Numbered from the stretch's first letter, positions 19,163-29,349 are shown. The stretch: DNA of 54,106 nt from an uncultured Lentisphaeria bacterium (GCA_905211485.1 CAJMAW010000002.1:1-54106); one strand, 5' to 3'. Program-made: numbers and translations. The notes: generated by a model not told the origin, from the sequence alone.

Positions 19163-20521
19163 ATGAAAACGGTTTTCGTCATTTTTCTGAGTCTGCTTTT
19201 TTTTCCGTTTTTCCTGAAAGGGGGAGAGTTCGAGGAATATGAGGATCTTCTTGCGGAAGTCAAGAAGAACTACCGCTATGCGGCGAAAATGGACTCGAAT
19301 TCCCGTATTGCCAAAGAATATCAGGAAAAGCTCAGGATTCTGGAGGAGAAGTCCCTCCGGCTTCAGAGCATCATTCAGCGTCTGGGGCTGGGGGAGGATT
19401 TCAATTTCACGGCCTACAGCCGGATGGTTCGTTCGGCATACCGTGAAAGAAATACGGACGACTCGAAAAACTCCAACCGTCACAAACTGGAACGTCCGGT
19501 CAGCTACACGTTCCCCATTCTGATGATGCAGAGGGACATCAAGGAACTGAAACGGATGAACTTTTCCATGGAAAACGGGGGGTCTTATGACAGCAGACTG
19601 GTCCCGCTGCGGGGACTCCTTGAGTTTGAACGACTTCTCGACTATTTTATGACGTCTGCCAAAACTTCGTCGAAACGCTCTGAAGATTCCATCTGGCGGG
19701 ATTATTTTGAAAAACGTCTTGCCCGCATGAAAATTCTGGCATCCGAGATCGGGACGAAACTCGCCAGGACCAACCCTGAAATAGCCCGGGAATACGCCTT
19801 CCCGACCGAGACCAATGCAATGATTTCCAATTACTTCAAAATGGCAACCTCTTTAAGTTCCGGAAAAAGCTCCGGTTCCCGGAAGGGGGGAATGGAGGAA
19901 GACGCGAAAAATGAAAAGGAAATGATTTCACGCCTTCAGGATGAAATTCTCTTTTCCGCTAAGAAGCTCCGGGAAGGTCTGCTCAAACTCAAGGAAATCG
20001 GGTTTGAACTGGATCCTCTTTCAGGTTCCTCCGGGCAGCAGCAGGGGAAAAGTCCTGCGCTCGATCCCATGAGCACAGATGAGGACTTGGATGAGGAGGA
20101 ACTCGAGAATGAAAAAACCGAAGCGGATTCCGGAGACTCGGATGGACAGAATTCAAAGGAGCTTGAAAAGCTTTCCGACAAGGAACTGAACGAAAAACTC
20201 TTGGAAATCCGGGAAAGCATTTACCGGAAAAACAACGTCATGGCAGGCATCGACAAAAACGTGCTCCGTTTTTATCTGCGCTATCTCGGGAAAACTTCCA
20301 AAAAACGCTATGAAGCCATCCGCAAAAAATATTCCGAACGCGGCTATGACAGCGCCACCGCACAGAGCAGCGCCTTTTTTGAACTTCACGGCATGCTTAA
20401 ATCCGGCATGATCCGAGACTCCAGAAAAGATATGCTCCGCCTGCTCCGGAACTATGAAAAGGAAAAATCAAAAATCGAAAGCGAACTCGAACGGAACAAG
20501 TTCGACGCCGATTGGAACTGA
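19163..20521 (+). CDS. hypothetical secreted protein, K/E-rich helical, no recognised domain
   Basis: The ORF starts with a signal-peptide-like MKTVFVIFLSLLFFPFFLKG at ATG 19163. The rest is charged and coiled-coil-like, with an acidic stretch (STDEDLDEEELENEKTEADSGDSDG). The track start at 18953 adds an implausible basic leader. Confidence 0.6.
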   Translation: MKTVFVIFLSLLFFPFFLKGGEFEEYEDLLAEVKKNYRYAAKMDSNSRIAKEYQEKLRILEEKSLRLQSIIQRLGLGEDFNFTAYSRMVRSAYRERNTDDSKNSNRHKLERPVSYTFPILMMQRDIKELKRMNFSMENGGSYDSRLVPLRGLLEFERLLDYFMTSAKTSSKRSEDSIWRDYFEKRLARMKILASEIGTKLARTNPEIAREYAFPTETNAMISNYFKMATSLSSGKSSGSRKGGMEEDAKNEKEMISRLQDEILFSAKKLREGLLKLKEIGFELDPLSGSSGQQQGKSPALDPMSTDEDLDEEELENEKTEADSGDSDGQNSKELEKLSDKELNEKLLEIRESIYRKNNVMAGIDKNVLRFYLRYLGKTSKKRYEAIRKKYSERGYDSATAQSSAFFELHGMLKSGMIRDSRKDMLRLLRNYEKEKSKIESELERNKFDADWN

Positions 20522-20537
20522 AAGAAAAAAATTAAGA

Positions 20538-21203
20538 ATGAAAAACAAAGCGAAAGACGAGTGCCGGACTCCGACAAAAATCATTTCCCGTTTTACGCGC
20601 CGCCTGCACCGTGCAGGCATTCTCGGGACTATGACAGGATCCTTTTCCATACGCAGGGAGGATCTTGTCCACATCACAGTTCCGGGGACAGATCTTCTCA
20701 AACCGGAAACCGCGGTCTTCTTCCTCTCGACCGGACTTCCTGAAAAACCGGATTCGCCCGTTCCGGAAGATCTTTCTCTGCATCTGGCAGTCTACAGGGC
20801 CTGTCCCGATGCGGGGGCGGTCATTCACGGAGAACCGCCGACGGCCAACGCCTTTGCCGTCGGAAACCTGGAAATGCGCACCGATTTCAGCGTGGAGGCA
20901 AAGCGGAAACTCGGAGACAGCGTCCCGATTCTCAGATATCTGACCCCCTCTTCCAGAACCATGCAGAAAGAGCTTCTTTCCCTCGCCACTGAATCTTCCT
21001 CTATCATTCTCCGCAACCAGGGGGCTCTCTGTTTCGGGAAAACGCCCGCGGAAGCAGCCGACCGCATCGAAATTCTGGAAGCCACGGCAAAACTGAATCT
21101 TCTGCTCTCCGGATTCCCGGAAAACGAGCTGCATCCCATCCCCGGCAAAAGAAAAAAACGTTCCTGCGGAGAAAACACTGAGGAGCATAAGCATGAACAT
21201 TGA
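20538..21203 (+). CDS. class II aldolase/adducin-fold protein with non-canonical metal-ligand positions
   Basis: Family-like motifs GSFSIR, HITVPG, PEDLSLHLAVY, AVIHGEPPTA, ILRNQGALCFG, AEAADRIEILE. The canonical H-x-H and N-H-G histidines read H-G-E and N-Q-G here. Confidence 0.7.
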   Translation: MKNKAKDECRTPTKIISRFTRRLHRAGILGTMTGSFSIRREDLVHITVPGTDLLKPETAVFFLSTGLPEKPDSPVPEDLSLHLAVYRACPDAGAVIHGEPPTANAFAVGNLEMRTDFSVEAKRKLGDSVPILRYLTPSSRTMQKELLSLATESSSIILRNQGALCFGKTPAEAADRIEILEATAKLNLLLSGFPENELHPIPGKRKKRSCGENTEEHKHEH

Positions 21204-21930
21204 AGAACGAATGAAAAGCGGACTCTATCAATCGCCTTCGGGAGACACGCTTCCCTACCGGATTCATCTTCCGGAAGCGGAAGGGGAAAAGCCCTCCGGA
21301 GAAAAATTTCCCCTTCTGCTCTTTCTGCACGGCATGGGCTCGGTGGGAAATGACAACAAATTGCAGATTCAGACAACGCCCCCCAGAATTCTGGACTATG
21401 CCTCCGCACGCGGAATGCGTCTGATTCTTGTGGCTCCGCAGTCTCCATGCGCCTGGGTGGATACGGACTGGCGTCTGCCGCTGCATCACATGTCGAAAAA
21501 ACCGGGGAAACCGATCCGTCTGCTGACCGGACTGCTGGAGCAGTGCATCCGGGAACTCCCCGTCGATCCGGACAGAGTGTATGTGACTGGCAATTCCATG
21601 GGCGGATTCGCCTCCTGGGAAATGCTGCAGAGAAAGGGAAAACTCTTTGCCTCCGCCCTGATCGTCTGCGGAGGAGGGGATCCCGCCCTCGCTGCGCGTC
21701 TGGCAAAGATTCCCGTCTGGTGCACCCATGGAGACGCGGATCAGACAGTACTGCCGGAACGTTCCCGCCAGATGCGGGACGCCGTCAACGCAGCGGGCGG
21801 ACATCTCATCCTCACCGAATTTCCCGGCGTCCGGCACGATGCATGGACTCCGACCTATTCCAACCCCGCCTTTCTGGACTGGCTCTTTTCCTTCCGTCGG
21901 CGTCACCGCCCCCGCAGACAATCCGCATAG
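21193..21930 (+). CDS. alpha/beta hydrolase (esterase, CE1/PHB-depolymerase-like)
   Basis: Oxyanion-region LLLFLHGMG. Nucleophile elbow GNSMGG. Late HGDADQTV and RHDAW supply the Asp/His of a Ser-Asp-His triad. 11-nt overlap with the upstream gene. Confidence 0.75.
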   Translation: MNIEERMKSGLYQSPSGDTLPYRIHLPEAEGEKPSGEKFPLLLFLHGMGSVGNDNKLQIQTTPPRILDYASARGMRLILVAPQSPCAWVDTDWRLPLHHMSKKPGKPIRLLTGLLEQCIRELPVDPDRVYVTGNSMGGFASWEMLQRKGKLFASALIVCGGGDPALAARLAKIPVWCTHGDADQTVLPERSRQMRDAVNAAGGHLILTEFPGVRHDAWTPTYSNPAFLDWLFSFRRRHRPRRQSA

Positions 21931-22153
21931 AGTACGGGGAAAAAGTGATTTTCTCCCTGAAGAGGATTTCTTCTTGATTGCGGGGTACAGACTTTCTCCT
22001 CCCTCCCAGGACAAAATTTCCCTGCGTCACAGGAAAGACCGGAAAAGGAAATCCAGTTTATTTTACGACAGGGGAAAAGAGAGAAATCCAGTTGAAAAAG
22101 GGGGAAGAAGGTGCGGCACATAAAGAAAGGAGGAAAGGAGTCTTCCGCCAAAA

Positions 22154-25100
22154 ATGATGATGACGACTGCAATGATGAAAATGACGCCTCGGGAAACAGG
22201 AAGAGAAAGAGAAGAAGGAGAAGGAGAAAAAGAAGGAAGGGAAAGTACGACATTCCGGAAGTATGCACTCGGATGGAATGACTTCCTGCTGGATAGAGTG
22301 GCGGAATGTTTCCGGGAGCGCTGTCTGCATTCCCGGGACGGAGCTTCCTTCCCGGACTCCACGCTTCTGATCGTGCCCACGGCGGAGGCGGGGCGTCTTC
22401 TGAGAGAAGCCATTGCGGAGAAATTCCGGCCGGAAGGCGGAATCGTCTCCCTGCACGTGGAGACTCCGGCCTGTCTTGCCACACCGCAACGACCCTGTGC
22501 GGACTCCGTCCTGACCAGTTCTCGCTGGATCCGCCTTCTGAAAGGCATCAAAGCGGAAGAGTATCCGAATCTGCTCAAAGGGCTGGAAAAATACCGGGAC
22601 AGTTCCTCCTGGCTTCTGGGCATTGCGGAAAGACTTCAGCGTTTCAGGAAGGAACTTGCCGCTGAAGGACTCTCCGTTTCCGCAGTCAAGGACTTCTTTT
22701 CACGTCTTGCCCAGGAAAAGGGGGCGGAGGATCTCTGGGACCGCAGTTTCCAATTTGCCGAATTTGAAAAACTCGAAGAAGAATATCTGCGCTGTTTTTC
22801 CCCCGCCCTCCCCGATCCGGTGGCGGCTCAGCTGGAAGCAATCGCCCGCCCGCAGATCCCGGACGGAATCAGAAAAATTCTCTTTGCATCCTGTCCGGAC
22901 CCGCTCCCCGCGGCAATGCTGGCGGCACGGAACCTGGCGGAGAAAAAAGGCGTTTCCGTCGAACTCTGGATTGCGGCGCCGAAAGAGGAGCTGAACTTCT
23001 TTGACGCATTCGGAAGACCCCTCCCGCAATACTGGGAAAAACAGAATCTCGATCTCCCGGAAGAGAGCATCCGGAAACTGCGCTCCCCGGAGGAATGCGC
23101 ATCCAGAATTCTCGGGCTCTATGAGAATGCATCGGCAGCTCCGCCGCTCGTAATCGGAATGCTGGACGGAGAAATCATAGAGTCTCTTCTGGACAAGCAT
23201 TCCCTTCTCCGGGGAAACGCTTCCGTCTTCTATGCGCCTCAGGAAAAAACGCTCTCTTCCCTTCCTCTGACACGGGCTCTGCTCACGCTCCTGAATCTGA
23301 CTTCGGAAAATCCTTCCTTTGAACAGATCGCCGGCCTCGCACGCGATCCTTTTTTCGCGGCTTACGGCTCAGACCTTCTGAAGATATCCCGTTGGGAGTC
23401 CGTCCTTGTTCTGCTTGACAAGCTCCAGAGTGAACATCTCCCCCTGAATCTGTCTCAGCTGGAATCACTTCTTCTCCGCCCAGCTTCTTCCGCCGCAATG
23501 TCTTCCGCAGCTTCTTCCGGAGCTTTTCCGGCGTCACAAGCGCCCTATCCGCCTCAGGACGGTGCAAACGGGGCATCCGGGGAAACAAGGAATGACAAGT
23601 CCCCCCTTCTTCCCGCTGCAACGTCAGATGATAACAGTCCCCGGACAGCGTTTCCCGCAGACAGCATGGAAAATGATGCGGAAAAAGGACTCTCTTTTCT
23701 CTGCGCATGCATCCGGGAATGGTCGGGCCGGCTTTCCCGGAGCGGGAATCTCCTTGAGGACGCTTACAGGATCTTCGCGGAAATCGCACCGCACGGGGAA
23801 CATCTTCTTTCCGACAGGAAAAGCGCCGCGGAGGAACTGGAACAAATCCGTTCTCTCCTTCTCCGCTTCCGGGAAGCGGCGGCGGAACTGACTCCCGACC
23901 TGCAGAAAGCCCTCTTCCGGCATCTGACAGGCAGGACTCAGATCACAATCCATGCCGATCCGGGGGCGCTCACAGATCTGACAGGCTTCCTCGAACTTCC
24001 ATGGACGCGCGAAAAACATCTGCTCATCGCCGGATTCAACGAGGAATCCTTCCAGTACGGGCCGCTTGCGGACGCCATTCTCCCGGATCACGCACGCAGC
24101 CTCCTCGGCCTCCGGGACAGAAAATTCCTCTATGCGGCAGACGTCTATCGTTTCAAAACCCTTCTGGAACCCCGGAAACACGATCCGGACTCTTCCCTCC
24201 AGATTCTTTTTTGCGGCTCTTCCACCAAAGGAGATGTCCTGAAACCTTCGCGCCTCCTTTTCCAGGTCCCGGATCCGGAACTCCCCGGACGGGCGAAAAT
24301 CCTCTTTTCCGATGACCTTCTTCTGCGCGCGCAGTCCTCTCATCCGGAGGCGTCGCACGGCACCGCCAGAACGGAAGGAAAGCATTCCGGCATCCTCCTC
24401 CTCGCAGCGGAAGGGGAAAACAATCCGGAAGGGCACGCCGACGACTGTGCCGGGAAAGAGGGAATCAGATCCGAAACGGGGAAGAAAAGTGTTCTCTACT
24501 TTCCACGCTGTGTTCTTTCGAAAAAAAGGATTTCCGTTACGGGTTTCAAAGCGTATCTGACCTGTCCCTTCCGCTATTATCTGGAACGGGTTCTCGGCGC
24601 AAATGCACTGGACGATCGAAACGTTGAACTCGACAATCTCCAGTTCGGAAATCTGATTCATCTGGTGCTGCAGGCCTTCGGGAATTCTGCTCTCCGCAAT
24701 GAATCCGACCCGGGGAAAATCGAGCGTTACTGTCTGGACAAACTCCATGAAATCGCCTCCCGCGAGCTGCCTTCCGCAGGGTCCGGCATTCCCAGGCTCC
24801 AGATCGAAATCATGAAAAACAATCTTGAATATTTTGCGAAAGTCCAGGCTCTGACCGCGCAGGAAGGCTGGGAAATCCGTTTTACGGAACGGAAAATCGT
24901 TTTCCCCTGGGAAAAACTTTTTCACAAAGTCTTTCCGGATGAAAGGAAGGAAACCTGGCGCGAAGGAATCGTGCTCTCCGGGAAATTCGACCGTCTGGAC
25001 TTTTCCCCCTCCGAAAACGCCTGGCGCATCCTTGACTACAAAACCAACCGCGAAAGCAGAACTCCCGCAGGAGAACACCTCTTCTCCCCTCAGTCGCTTT

Positions 25101-25636
25101 CCCAATCCGATTCGGAAGAGAACGACTGGCGGGCGGCCGGCACCGATGAAAAAGGGAAGAAACTCTTCTGGAAGGATCTCCAGCTCCCGCTCTACCGTCT
25201 GGCCTTTGCGTGCGGATTTTTCCCGGAGGCGTCTCCGAAGTCCGGAGAAACGCTCAGATGCGCTTATTTCAATCTGCCGCTGGCCTGTTCCGACACCGCC
25301 ATTCTCCCCTTTTCCCAGCTGGACGCCATGCCGGAACTCTCCCTCAGCGCCGCACGCTGCGCGGATCAGATCCTGAAACGGATTTTTTCGGATCACTGTT
25401 TCTGGCCTCCGGAACAGTCGGGACAATATTTCGCAGACGACCTTTCGGAATTCGTTCCGAGTCTCACCGTGAACGACTTCGACCCCGCCTTCCCCGCTTC
25501 CCTTCAGACGGCATCGGAAATGAAAATGGAAAAAGAAAACAACGCCCAGCTCACGGACAAACGGAATCATGACTCCGGTGAAAAAACAAAACAGAAAAAC
25601 GCAATGAAACAGGAAAAGGAGCAGGATGCGCCATGA
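22154..25636 (+). CDS. AddB-like PD-(D/E)XK nuclease subunit of a helicase-nuclease complex
   Basis: About 1160 aa and placed directly upstream of a UvrD-type helicase. RecB-family nuclease motif GKFDRLD....ILDYKT near the C-terminus. No Walker A seen. The N-terminal 30 codons run through a homopurine tract, so the start is uncertain. Confidence 0.7.
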   Translation: MMMTTAMMKMTPRETGREREEGEGEKEGRESTTFRKYALGWNDFLLDRVAECFRERCLHSRDGASFPDSTLLIVPTAEAGRLLREAIAEKFRPEGGIVSLHVETPACLATPQRPCADSVLTSSRWIRLLKGIKAEEYPNLLKGLEKYRDSSSWLLGIAERLQRFRKELAAEGLSVSAVKDFFSRLAQEKGAEDLWDRSFQFAEFEKLEEEYLRCFSPALPDPVAAQLEAIARPQIPDGIRKILFASCPDPLPAAMLAARNLAEKKGVSVELWIAAPKEELNFFDAFGRPLPQYWEKQNLDLPEESIRKLRSPEECASRILGLYENASAAPPLVIGMLDGEIIESLLDKHSLLRGNASVFYAPQEKTLSSLPLTRALLTLLNLTSENPSFEQIAGLARDPFFAAYGSDLLKISRWESVLVLLDKLQSEHLPLNLSQLESLLLRPASSAAMSSAASSGAFPASQAPYPPQDGANGASGETRNDKSPLLPAATSDDNSPRTAFPADSMENDAEKGLSFLCACIREWSGRLSRSGNLLEDAYRIFAEIAPHGEHLLSDRKSAAEELEQIRSLLLRFREAAAELTPDLQKALFRHLTGRTQITIHADPGALTDLTGFLELPWTREKHLLIAGFNEESFQYGPLADAILPDHARSLLGLRDRKFLYAADVYRFKTLLEPRKHDPDSSLQILFCGSSTKGDVLKPSRLLFQVPDPELPGRAKILFSDDLLLRAQSSHPEASHGTARTEGKHSGILLLAAEGENNPEGHADDCAGKEGIRSETGKKSVLYFPRCVLSKKRISVTGFKAYLTCPFRYYLERVLGANALDDRNVELDNLQFGNLIHLVLQAFGNSALRNESDPGKIERYCLDKLHEIASRELPSAGSGIPRLQIEIMKNNLEYFAKVQALTAQEGWEIRFTERKIVFPWEKLFHKVFPDERKETWREGIVLSGKFDRLDFSPSENAWRILDYKTNRESRTPAGEHLFSPQSLSQSDSEENDWRAAGTDEKGKKLFWKDLQLPLYRLAFACGFFPEASPKSGETLRCAYFNLPLACSDTAILPFSQLDAMPELSLSAARCADQILKRIFSDHCFWPPEQSGQYFADDLSEFVPSLTVNDFDPAFPASLQTASEMKMEKENNAQLTDKRNHDSGEKTKQKNAMKQEKEQDAP

Positions 25637-28600
25637 ATAATCATTCAGCGGAAACAGCCGTTCTGGTTCCGAGCTGTGTCATTGACGCATCCGCGGGATC
25701 GGGAAAAACGGAAGAACTCGGGAAACGCCTGGTGGGCATGATGCTCGCCGGTGTCCCGCCGGGATCCATTGCAACCATGACTTTCACCCGCATGGCGGCA
25801 GGAGAAATCTATGAACGCCTGATCCGGATTCTCTGCAAGGCGGCACTGGATCCTTCGAGTCATGAGGATCTGATCCGGGATCTGAACCGTCTGGGATTCC
25901 AGACCCGCGGAGAAGGCCCCTGGCGCTTCACTCCGGACGGAAAAGCCCTGAAGGAACTTCTCCGGGAACTCATCAGCTCCATGAACAGCCTCCGCATCGG
26001 GACGCTCGACAGTTTCATGGCGCAGATTGTCCAGTCCTTCCCCGTCGAACTCGGACTCCCCGGGGAATGCTCCATGCTTGACGAAGCGGAAGGCGAATCC
26101 CTCCGCGACGATCTGCTCCGGATCCTTCTCGATTATTCCTCATCCCCGCCCGGAATGGATGAGGATTTCATCGAAGCCGGAAAGGAAGCCGCCTACGGGA
26201 AGGGAAACAAACTCTTCTTCGACGCTTCCCGGGATCTGATCGCCTCCGCCGAAACCTTTTACTCCTGGCGTCTGCCCCGCTATTCGGGACTCTGGAATCC
26301 CTTCCCCGCTCTTCCCCGTCATGACGATGCCGGAGGGGCCGACAGAAGAAAACAGGCGTTTGAACGCTGCAGGGAATGGAGTCTGGACTTTGAAGAAAAA
26401 CTCAGAGCCGCAGAAAAAGCGGTACCTCCTTCGCTGGCACGCCTGATTTCCACTTTGGAAATCTGCCGGGATGCAGGGCCAGAAACGCCCTTTTCACGGG
26501 AAAACCTCAAAATCCTGAATGCCTTCTTTGAAGTCTGGGAAAATTTTCTGAAAGGAGAACAGAAACCGCAGGGATTCTCCCGCGGATATGATTTTTCCAC
26601 AGTCATGGACCCCCTGATCCTTCTGCTTTCCCATGCGGGAGAACTTCTTCTTCATCAGGCCTCGGTCCGCACGGGGGGGATGCGCGCCATGCTTCAGCTT
26701 TATGCGGATTTGTACCGGAAAAGAGTGCTTGAGGAAGGGAAAATCGCCTTCGCCGATCTGCCGCGCCTTCTCAACAACGAGGAGGCGGAAGAATGGATCT
26801 TCGACATCGCCTACCGCCTGAACGGAAAACTCTGCCACTGGCTCATAGATGAATTTCAGGATACATCGCGCGATCAGTGGCGGATTCTCTCCCGCATCAT
26901 AGAATCGGTGCAGGATACGGAGCACAGTCTCTTTCTTGTGGGAGACGTCAAGCAGGCGGTCTACGGATGGCGGGGCGGTGACAGCCGGCTCATTGATGAA
27001 GCCGCGGAAGAATTCTCCCTTCTCCGCAGCCCGAAATCCATGTCCTACCGCTATGGTCCGGAAATTTCCTCCGCCTTGAACGAACTCTTCTCCCCCGCGA
27101 AGATGGATCTTTCCGCTTTCCCCGAAGACACGAAAGAACGCTGGAAAAGAATCTGGCAGGATCATGAATCCGCCCCTTCCACAAAAGCGGGTTCCTTCCA
27201 GGTCTGGCAGATTCTGGACGGCGCGCCCGGAAAAGACGGAGGCGCCGCAGAACAGAATCCGGATGACGATAAAAAGGAGGATCTCATCACTCAGTACGCC
27301 GTCCTGATCGCAGCGGAACTCAAGAAAATTTCACCCTGGGACCGGGGACTGGAAAGCGCCGTGCTGGTCCGATCGAAACAGGATGGAATCCGTTTGAAGG
27401 ATGCCGTCATGCAGCTGGATCCGGAAATCGGGACGCATCTGATCTGGGAGGGAGAGGAGAGCATTGTCAACGACAAGATCGTCGCCGCCCTGCTGGCGTT
27501 GGCCGTCCATCTCCAGCATCCGGGGAATACGCTCTGCGTAGAAGTGGTGAAGATGACTCCGCCCGTCGCCGGACTTCTCCCCGCAAATGCCGAAGACATG
27601 GAAAAAATGCGTTCCTTTCTCGTCCTCAACGGGTTTCATGATACGTTCCTTTCCTGGATCCGCACAATTCCGGAGGAATACGGGACCGCGGACAACAGGA
27701 ATCTGGATCAGCTCCTCAGCGCCGCACGCAGTTTCGATTCCTCCGCCTCCGCCCGCGGAGACGCGGTCCGATTCCGCGATTTCGCCGCACAGCACATGAT
27801 GAATGAATCCGCCGTCCGGGGAAAAGTCCGGATCATGACCATTCATCACAGCAAGGGCCTCGGCATGGATCTGGTCTTCACCATACTGAAAAACAATCAG
27901 AAATCCTCGTTGAGGAATCCCGTCTACACAGGCTTCCTACGCGGAAAGAAGAAGACCGCCGGAAAAGACGGTGCGCCCGGATGGCTCCTTTACGCACCCG
28001 GCCCCGCAGGCGCACTGCACAGCGAAATCCGCGAAGCCGCCTGGAGCAAAACTGCCGACGCGGCAATGGAGGAGCTCTGCACCCTCTATGTGGCCCTCAC
28101 CCGGGCAAAACGCGGCGCGTGGCTTCTGCTGCCTCCGCTTTCCGCTCAGAAACGGGCAGCGTTCCATCCCGATCTCACGGGCCTTACCAAAACGGGAAAA
28201 CCGAAAAAGTTCACCCCCTCCCTGATTTCCGGATTCCAGGATTCCTACTATATTTCAGATTATGTTTTCGATTCTCTTTTCGGATCCAATGAAAAGGATT
28301 TCCCGAAGAATGAAACTCTCCGGATCCGTTCCATGGAAGGAATTCCCTGCCTGACCTTTCAGCGCGGAATTCCGGAATGGTATGAAAGCATACGGCCGGC
28401 TCCCGCACCGGAAAGACCGATGACTTTCAGTTTCTCTTCGGCAACAGGATCGCCCAGACTCGTCAGAAGGACCAGAATCACTCCCTCCTCGGCCGATGAC
28501 GAGGTAATCCGTCCCCTCTCCTTCACCCTTCCCGATGTGGAAAGTCCGGCGGAACTCGGGCGGCAAATTCATTCCTTTTTCGAGCAGGTGGAGTTTCTTG

Positions 28601-29349
28601 ATGAATTCTTTCTCCTCCCTGAAGAAGAACTGCTGGAGGAGAAACAGGAAACGGGAGGGGCGGCCGTCGCAGCAATTTCTTCTCAGATCCGTTCCCATGT
28701 CGAGCACTGCCTGAAAAATCCGGAAACCCGCGCGCTGCTTTCGCGTCCTTCTTCAGGCAGACATCTTCTCTGGAGAGAGCGTCCCTTTGAAGTCATCACA
28801 GAAGACGGACTCTGGATCAGCGGCCGCTTCGACCGTGTCCTCATCGAACTGGATTCCGAAGGATCGTGTCCCGTCCGGGCCGTACTTGTCGATTTCAAAA
28901 GCGACCGCATTGCGCCGGCTCTCTCTCTCCGCGAAGCCGGGAAACCCTATGAGAAACAAATGTCTCTTTACAGAAATGCCTTGAGCAGTCTCCTGAAACT
29001 CCCGCAGGAGAGGATCCAGGCATACCTGGTCTTCACGCGGACGGGGGAAAGTCTTTTTCTGCCCTTGAATTCCGTTTCCGCCACGACTCAATCCCCCGGC
29101 CCGGCTGCCGCTCAGTCCTCCGCCGGGGTCTCCTCCGGGACGGAGATTCCTTCTCCGGCAGGGGGGGCGGACAATGTTCAAGCCTCGCCGGAAGCTCTTT
29201 TTCCCGAAGAGAGCGGAAACGGGGAAGTCCACGGGAACAAGAGTGTTGCTCCCCCTGCGCCCCCGGAGGAAACGGCTTCCCGGAAAGGGAAGACAGACTC
29301 TTCATACTGCAACGACATTCCGGATCTCTTCTCCGGAAGCGGGGAATGA
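25633..29349 (+). CDS. AddA-like UvrD/Rep-family helicase with C-terminal PD-(D/E)XK nuclease
   Basis: Walker A DASAGSGKT. Motif II LIDEFQDTS. Further helicase motifs VGDVKQAVYGWRG, TIHHSKGL and YVALTRAK. C-terminal nuclease GRFDRV....LVDFKS. ATGA overlap with the AddB-like gene. Confidence 0.85.
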   Translation: MNNHSAETAVLVPSCVIDASAGSGKTEELGKRLVGMMLAGVPPGSIATMTFTRMAAGEIYERLIRILCKAALDPSSHEDLIRDLNRLGFQTRGEGPWRFTPDGKALKELLRELISSMNSLRIGTLDSFMAQIVQSFPVELGLPGECSMLDEAEGESLRDDLLRILLDYSSSPPGMDEDFIEAGKEAAYGKGNKLFFDASRDLIASAETFYSWRLPRYSGLWNPFPALPRHDDAGGADRRKQAFERCREWSLDFEEKLRAAEKAVPPSLARLISTLEICRDAGPETPFSRENLKILNAFFEVWENFLKGEQKPQGFSRGYDFSTVMDPLILLLSHAGELLLHQASVRTGGMRAMLQLYADLYRKRVLEEGKIAFADLPRLLNNEEAEEWIFDIAYRLNGKLCHWLIDEFQDTSRDQWRILSRIIESVQDTEHSLFLVGDVKQAVYGWRGGDSRLIDEAAEEFSLLRSPKSMSYRYGPEISSALNELFSPAKMDLSAFPEDTKERWKRIWQDHESAPSTKAGSFQVWQILDGAPGKDGGAAEQNPDDDKKEDLITQYAVLIAAELKKISPWDRGLESAVLVRSKQDGIRLKDAVMQLDPEIGTHLIWEGEESIVNDKIVAALLALAVHLQHPGNTLCVEVVKMTPPVAGLLPANAEDMEKMRSFLVLNGFHDTFLSWIRTIPEEYGTADNRNLDQLLSAARSFDSSASARGDAVRFRDFAAQHMMNESAVRGKVRIMTIHHSKGLGMDLVFTILKNNQKSSLRNPVYTGFLRGKKKTAGKDGAPGWLLYAPGPAGALHSEIREAAWSKTADAAMEELCTLYVALTRAKRGAWLLLPPLSAQKRAAFHPDLTGLTKTGKPKKFTPSLISGFQDSYYISDYVFDSLFGSNEKDFPKNETLRIRSMEGIPCLTFQRGIPEWYESIRPAPAPERPMTFSFSSATGSPRLVRRTRITPSSADDEVIRPLSFTLPDVESPAELGRQIHSFFEQVEFLDEFFLLPEEELLEEKQETGGAAVAAISSQIRSHVEHCLKNPETRALLSRPSSGRHLLWRERPFEVITEDGLWISGRFDRVLIELDSEGSCPVRAVLVDFKSDRIAPALSLREAGKPYEKQMSLYRNALSSLLKLPQERIQAYLVFTRTGESLFLPLNSVSATTQSPGPAAAQSSAGVSSGTEIPSPAGGADNVQASPEALFPEESGNGEVHGNKSVAPPAPPEETASRKGKTDSSYCNDIPDLFSGSGE

